Source: Octopus vulgaris (Eukaryota). From it: a stretch of 62,000 nucleotides of DNA. Position numbers and translations under genes: made by a program. This document shows, piece by piece, positions 55,369 through 62,000 of the stretch. Numbering within the stretch: the first letter of the stretch is position 1; every line of letters starts with the position of its first letter. The notes under the pieces were generated by a model. That model saw nothing but the letters and a program-made list of their open reading frames with translations. It was not told the origin of the DNA and ran no database searches. Location of the stretch: assembly GCA_951406725.2 (NCBI GenBank), contig OX597822.1:43482001-43544000 (forward strand), read 5' to 3'.

Positions 55369-55483
55369 ATATGTATGTACGTATGTATGTATATATATAT
55401 ATACGTGTGTGTGTGTATGCAGAGGGAGGGAGGGAGGGAGAGAGAGAGAAAATGAAAGAGATAGACAGACAGAAACAGAGAGA

Positions 55484-56107
55484 GGGGTCCCAAAGCACAT
55501 GTACCCCATGTTTATTAAAGTATATTTCATTTTTCAAAGAAGAAGTTGATTTTAACTCTTCTATGGACGTCTGTTTTCAAACATATGACGGTTCTCGTCC
55601 AGGAACTGGTGATGATGAATGCGAAGCAATGGAATCGGATAGACTGTTCTTGGAATGTAACTATTCCAATAACTGGGATTCAAAATGAGATAGGTGCTCG
55701 GTATTGAAATTCCGATCTCACGATACGCTTGCTGCACAGATTTTCCTTAAATTTGACCATACGTTTCCAGTACCTTTTCTTGTTTGTGTGGCACGTAAAT
55801 GTCTGCAATCATCCGGAACGATTCTCGTAGATATTCCAGAAATTTCCATCTGCTTCAAACTTACCTCTAATTCCAGTGATGATAAGTCGTGTAGCTGTAT
55901 CTGTCTGGAACTACCTCCTAAACTGTCTTCGAAATTCAACTGCATTTTAAAACTTCCAATAGTTTTTAGTCTAATTTTTTTGATCAAAGCTTAGTCTGGC
56001 AGTCTTCGTGATTTCTAATAGATTAAATTTCAAACCAAGAAAAAAAAAGAAAATGATTTATCAGCTTTTAGGGAAGTATGTGTCCATCTTTTTGGAGCAA
56101 CCTCTAC
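55484..56107 (-). mobile_element. Internally deleted Tc1/mariner element with decayed N-terminal transposase
   Basis: Minus frame KNYWKF*NAVEFRRQFRR*FQTDTATRLIITGIRGKFEADG...NRSG and YWNSYIPRTV; degenerate TIR-like ends ggggtcccaaag and tttttggagcaacct. Confidence 0.65.
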
Positions 56108-56446
56108 ATACATACATACATACATACATACATACATACATACATACATACATACATACATACATACATACATACATACATACATACATACATACATACA
56201 TACATACATACATACATACATACGTATCATCAGTAACATATTTTGTCACAATTATCTTACCTGAAAGGCATGATATGTCAGGCAGTGACCTTTTCTATTG
56301 CTGTTTAGTTCCAAGTTTGTTTCACTGTAGAAAGATGCTGACTAGACGAATAATATTTTGCCAGAGAATATTGGGAGAGTCTTCGGCTTACGTCGCAGAT
56401 AATCTTTTTAGTATTGAAGTTGGGTGCTTAAAATCGTTTGTATATA

Positions 56447-56676
56447 CTGGGTGTTCAAAAATTCACTCCGCAGTGAATTTTCTTCATCCTGCTCAAATAT
56501 TGCCTATCTATTTGTAGGTGAACTCACTTAAAGTGAAATTAACAATGCATACTTTCAGCAAGATGGAACTACAGCACATACTTCGCGCATCTAATATATT
56601 CTTTTGTAGTCTTATATCATCTTATAAATATTTATTTTGCAAGAAAATACTGCAGAGAAACTTTTTGAACACTCTG
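56447..56676 (+). mobile_element. 230-bp mariner-derived MITE retaining a catalytic-motif fragment
   Basis: ta|ctgggtgttcaaaaa ... tttttgaacactctg|ta; internal frame YFQQDGTTAHTSR. Confidence 0.75.
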
Positions 56677-57426
56677 TATAACTGTAATTCGTTCGCGTTT
56701 CCACAACTACACCGTGCCTTTGTTATCATACACTCCTCCACGAAGTGCATTTTCCATGACATCGCTTAATGCCTAACAAATTACTTGTTTTACCAAAAGA
56801 TTTCCTAGAATGTGTAGGACTATCTCGAGTATATATCATCGTTCACAAAAGAAAATAAATCTTTTGGCAAGACTAGCTTTTATATTAGACAGTTTCCCAC
56901 AGACAGGTGAGAATCTGCCTACTTGAGTTGAACGCCTATAGAGTATATTCTTTATGTCGTTGAATGAATCAACTGCTATTCTATTGTATAAAACTTGTCG
57001 TTTGTGTAATTTTGATGTTGTTATATTCGATGATTTTCATGTAATTAATTCGTCTTTTGCTGGTTGATCAGTTTCCACTTTGGCTCAGCAAAGTGTTTTT
57101 TTTGCTGCCGTTCTATAGACTGAATGGTTGCTGCCACGCAAGACACCATGATCTCTTGTTTCTGCGGTAAAATATAACGAAAATCATACTTATGATACTG
57201 CGAAAAATCGTCAAATATGAAATCATTTATATAGATAGACACGTATATGTATGTACATAGGTACATAGTACGTACGTACGTATGTATGTGTGTATGTATG
57301 TATGTATGTATGTATGTATGTATGTATGTATGTATGTATGTATGTATGTATGTATGTATGTATGTATGTATGTATGTATGTATGAATGTATGTATGTATG
57401 TATGCATGTATGTTTATATATATCTG

Positions 57427-57465
<39 letters not shown>

Positions 57466-57470
57466 ATATA

Positions 57471-58116
57471 AACTTTGATAAACTAAGATATGTTTCGATC
57501 AAAGATTGATCCAGGCCATGTCTAACTTAATAGCACCACCTGATAGGATTATTCGAATTCTGTTTAAGTCAAGTTTTGTTCAAGTAGTGAGTTCTTGTTG
57601 GGTGAGTTGTATCAAGTTTTGTTCAAGTAGTGAGTTCTTGTTGGGTGAGTTGTATCACGTTTTGTTCAAGTAGTGAGTTCTTGTTGGGTGAATTGTATCC
57701 AATTATGGGTGGCTTATCTGGTATACTTTGAAGGAATCTATCCAGACTCCGTTTAAAGTTGATGGGATCCTTTTTCTCTTTGATCTCCCTCGGGACAATG
57801 TTAAATAGGGCAGGGCCTGTCGAGGAAAAGAAATTATGTTGCAGTGTACATGTATGTTATGATCTTGAATTGGGCAGGGGACGTATGGCCCGTGGTCCCA
57901 GTCTTGGATGAATATTGAAGCTAATGTTAAGGTCGTTTGGGCAAAGTTGGCGGTATATTCTCCACATCGTACAAATGATGTACCGCTCACGGCGAGGCTG
58001 GAGGGAGTAAAGTTTCAAGGCTTTAAGGCGATCCCAATAAGGGAGAGCAGCCATGCCTTCAATTCGTTTAGTGAGTGCCCTCTGGGGTGACTCAATTCTG
58101 GAGATGTTTTGTCTTG
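57471..58116 (-). mobile_element. 5'-truncated CR1-clade LINE, related to 1031-1758
   Basis: ISRIESPQRALTKRIEGMAALPYWDRLKALKLYSLQPRRERYIIC; shared 3'UTR ggtggtgctat(t)aagttagacatggcctgg; TA runs at both ends. Confidence 0.85.
57570..57698. repeat. 43-bp x3 tandem repeat near the CR1 3' end
   Basis: caagttttgttcaagtagtgagttcttgttgggtgagttgtat starting at 57570, 57613 and 57656. Confidence 0.95.
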
Positions 58117-58135
58117 TATATATATATATATATAT

Positions 58136-58571
58136 AAATAGATCCGCTATGGTATAGCCACTAAAAATTGTTTCCAAGGAGAAATAACACAACATTTAAC
58201 GAACGGCAAGTGAAAAATAACGAAAAAATAGATTAACTCTGGACAATTGTTTCATTATTAATGTAGTATGCAATTTTACTTACATAACATCTATAATTCA
58301 TCAGCAGAAGTTTGTCTAAAATACAATTTATTAAATCGCACGTTAAAATTTGACGCAGCGTCAAACACACGTGCGGTTCAATCGATTGTATTAGCAGCTA
58401 TGATTCAAATTTCCCCGCCAAAAGTATGATAAGACTTCTGGAAACGAATACTGCATAAAATATTTACTGCAGTATAATTAAATTTACAAATGAGGGTGAA
58501 AAATTTGATATTAATTGTGTTATTTCTCCTTGGGAACAATTTTTAGTGGCTATACCGTAGCGGATCTATTT
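58136..58571. mobile_element. 436-bp MITE with ~57-bp TIRs, superfamily unassigned
   Basis: aaatagatccgctatggtatagccactaaaaattgtttccaaggagaaataacacaa and its near-exact reverse complement ending at 58571. Confidence 0.8.
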
Positions 58572-58720
58572 TTAGCACTAGAGTCGACCACATAGTGGTT
58601 ACTCTCTCATATTTATGTATAAATTTGTATTGTATCCCTGGCTTTTATGTGCTAAGCCACTTGGTGTTAAATTGATGGTATTATTAAATTAATATCAAAT
58701 TTTTCACCCTCATTTGTAAA

Positions 58721-58768
<48 letters not shown>

Positions 58769-58846
58769 TCATAATATACAGACAGCATATATATATACAG
58801 AAATTTTGTATATGTATTAGATTGTGTATGTCTGACTTCGTGTGTA

Positions 58847-58914
<68 letters not shown>

Positions 58915-59080
58915 CATACATACATAATTTGAGACTACAAGACACCGTAGAAGATTTATAATAGAATTTTAAACAATAGCGCGCAATGGAATTCTTAGAC
59001 TTACTGTTATAATACCTAAAGTTATAATGACCTCACTTTGTATTACTGCTCTTCCTGCACCTAATACTGTAGTTATAAAA

Positions 59081-59130
<50 letters not shown>

Positions 59131-59620
59131 CGTTATATATTAAGACGGGAGGCTCTACTATTATTCACAAAGACAGAGAAATGAAGTCTCTGAAGACCCT
59201 CATTGTAGAATTACAATATAATTTACTTCATATTAAAAATATTTATATTATCGTTATTTCAAAATTATACTACGGTTATGTTCGATTATAACAACATACA
59301 AGTGTGTTTTAATGGCTAAAGTGATTCTACCGCGTTGTGACTGATTTAGTCACGAAAGGTTATCTGTTGGCCGAGGTGTGGCTATGGGGTGAGAGGGCTG
59401 CTCCGCAACCACATGGTTCTGGGTTTCGATCCACTGCGCGGCACGTTTGGCAATTGTCTTCTACTAAAGTAACGGGCTGACCGAAGTCTTGGGAGTAGAT
59501 TCGGTAGGCGGAAACTGAATGAAGATCATCGTATACATCAATCCATCCATCCATCCATCCATCCATCCATCCATCCATCCATCCATCCATACATACATAC
59601 ATACATACATACACACACAA

Positions 59621-59656
<36 letters not shown>

Positions 59657-59661
59657 AAAAA

Positions 59662-60503
59662 ATTAATAAAAAGAATTCCAACCTTGTCTGATTTTCACGT
59701 TTTATTTACAATCTTATAATGATATATTATAAGATAATATATTATAATTGTCAGCCCAAGTGAAATCGAGAGGAAAATCAGAGAAAAGAATTTTATTGAT
59801 AAATTCGAACCCAAGCTAAATAAGCAATAATAATAATACTTAGAGGTATTACTTCCACTGCTACGACCATGACCACTAACAACAACAACAATACTAAAGG
59901 TGATCAAGACAAAGATAGCAGGAAAATTATCTTATTTAGGGTTAAAAGTTCTATTGCCACCACCATCACCACTAGCAACAATAATTAAGGTGCTGACAAT
60001 GATGATGATGACAATTGAAATATAAAAATATAAAAATCTCTGACAAAGGATATTTACAACATTTCTAAAAATAACCCAACAATTGCTGCTTCGGCCAGGG
60101 TCAAGATACAGGACTCTTGACCTGTCCAACAAAGCGTGATGCCTAAACCAATCAGCTCAACCAACCAATCAGCTTAAGTAATTGAGTGATACTACACACT
60201 GATTGGTCAGAATACAGTTTGCAAAACCTAGCACTCTGGAGCCTACCCAGCTGTATTTATAGCACAGAATCACTCATCTTGCTACAGTCAAAAATTGTGA
60301 AGCATGACTGTCAACACTACTACATGAACCCGAAGATTGCAGAATTCAATGCATGAAAGTACTAGTTCAATCAGAATGAATATTTAACATTCTACTATTT
60401 CATTTTATTTTATTCAATTATAATATATTATCTTATAATATATCATTATAAGATTGTAAATAAAACGTGAAAATCAGACAAGGTTGGAATTCTTTTTATT
60501 AAT
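59662..60503 (+). mobile_element. 5'-truncated PLE with an inverted 89-bp copy of its 3' end at the 5' side
   Basis: Arms 59662-59750 and 60415-60503; interior begins VSPSEIERKIREKNFIDKFEPKLNKQ* (GIY-YIG C-terminus-like) and contains an HHR. Confidence 0.75.
60325..60369 (+). ncRNA. Minimal type I hammerhead, U4C variant
   Basis: ugaac-CCGAAGA-u-ugca/gaauucaa/ugca-u-GAAA-GUAC-UA-guuca; palindromic AGUACU stem III; CUA triplet. Confidence 0.65.
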
Positions 60504-60907
60504 ATATATATATATATATATATATAAAGAAAAAATAAAACAAAAAAACGCAATAGAAGACAATAAAACATTCGGACAGATAGACGATACAAAGGCGGAC
60601 AGGAGAAACAACAATTTGAAGGACAGGAAAAAAAAAAGGTGGGTCATTCGTGGCCTTCTTTCATCAGTCAAGTATACCAAAAGTCCTTACTGTTCCGGAC
60701 AGTTATGCTCGAGACAGTTCATTCTGGTTGCTCCCCCACCCCCAAAGTCAAATCTAGGAGCATTAGATTCTTTTGTAAGGAAGCTAGTGAATGTGTACTG
60801 CAACAAAAGCAAAAAAACGGAGTACATGGTACACAAATCCAAATGAAAACAAGAATATAACAGCAGGTGTCTTTTGACTAATAACAAAATATACATACAT
60901 ACATACA

Positions 60908-60984
<77 letters not shown>

Positions 60985-60989
60985 GTCTG

Positions 60990-61165
<176 letters not shown>

Positions 61166-61239
61166 CATACACACATATAACCATGTATATTCATATATCA
61201 ATAAACACGATTATATATGCTTATAAACAAAAGCAGATT

Positions 61240-61438
61240 CTTTTTTATTCTTTTTTCTTTTATTTATTTCAGTTATTTGGCTACGCCCATGCTGTAGCAC
61301 CACGTTGTAGTCGAACAAATCAACCCCAGAACTTATTGTTTGTAAGCCTATCGGTCTCTTTGCCGAACCACCGCTAAGTTAAGGGAACTTAAACACGCCA
61401 GCATCGGTTGTCAAGCGACGGTGGAAGGACAAAGACAG

Positions 61439-61512
<74 letters not shown>

Positions 61513-61667
61513 GACGGGCTTCTTTCAGTTTCCGACTACCAAATCCACTCACAATGGTTTGGTCTACTCGAGACTATACGAGAAGACACATGCCCAAGGT
61601 GGCACGCAGTTGGAGTGAACTATGAGGTTGGTAAGCAAGCCACTTACCACACAGCCACACTTATACG
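61240..61667 (-). mobile_element. SINE family A
   Basis: Full reverse-complement family-A structure with internal (CA)n(TA)n. Confidence 0.85.
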
Positions 61668-61837
61668 TTGTTATAATCGAACATAACCGCAGCATAATTT
61701 TGATATAAATACGTAAAGATATACATGTGTATCTGTTACTCTCTTTTAAAAAAATTTTTTTTTTACTTGTTTCAGTCATTTGACTGAGGCCATGCTGGAG
61801 CACCGCCTTTAGTCGAGCAAATCGACCCCGAGACTTA

Positions 61838-62000
61838 TTCCTTGATTGTGATGTTGAACTTATAAATGGTCTATGACTATTTAATTTTTTCCCACTAGGC
61901 CGCTGGTGGCAAATAAATTCTACGAAATTTTTTGCCACCCTATATTGATTAATTATGAATTTTCTGGTTAATTCCGTAATGGAATCGACGGCTTATATTT
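61838..62000 (+). mobile_element. Third, diverged copy of the 491-bp HHR unit, running off the window end
   Basis: Reverse complement of ~19127-19011 continuing through the unit junction into ~19503-19455; about 10 substitutions in ~160 bp. Confidence 0.9.

Noticed and set aside
55704-55994. 96-aa (+) and 89-aa (-) ORFs as host exons
   Set aside because: A third, stop-interrupted minus frame matches a Tc1/mariner N-terminus, so these ORFs are by-products of a transposase fossil.
57570-57698. 43-bp and 25-bp (43283-43357) triple repeats as CRISPR-like arrays
   Set aside because: Contiguous tandem units with no spacers, in a eukaryotic TE context with no cas genes.

Overview
AT-rich, microsatellite-saturated eukaryotic DNA, inferred to be octopus or another cephalopod from its SINE families and dense (TA)n/(CA)n/(TATC)n/(TATG)n/(AAT)n runs. 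I found no confidently identifiable host gene; almost all ORF-track entries are translated microsatellites. The window is a mosaic of transposon remnants: three tRNA-derived SINE families, CR1-, RTE-, Tx1- and R4/Dong-type LINE fragments, Tc1/mariner fossils and MITEs, non-autonomous Helitrons (one head-to-tail dimer), and many Penelope-like element (PLE) pieces, including a 2.4-kb RT+GIY-YIG copy at 49522-51928. The most striking signal is RNA-structural: I can fold by eye about 18 type I hammerhead-ribozyme (HHR) motifs, intact or degenerate. The top candidate is a near-perfect 491-bp tandem dimer at 19011-19993. Each unit carries a canonical-core HHR with an 8-bp stem I and an unusually large, branched stem II, predicting release of a 491-nt monomer, i.e. 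a retrozyme-like, possibly circRNA-producing element. A third, diverged copy at 61838-62000 spans the unit junction. Several PLE termini form long foldbacks with back-to-back ribozymes. All folds and alignments were done by eye, and most TE boundaries are approximate.
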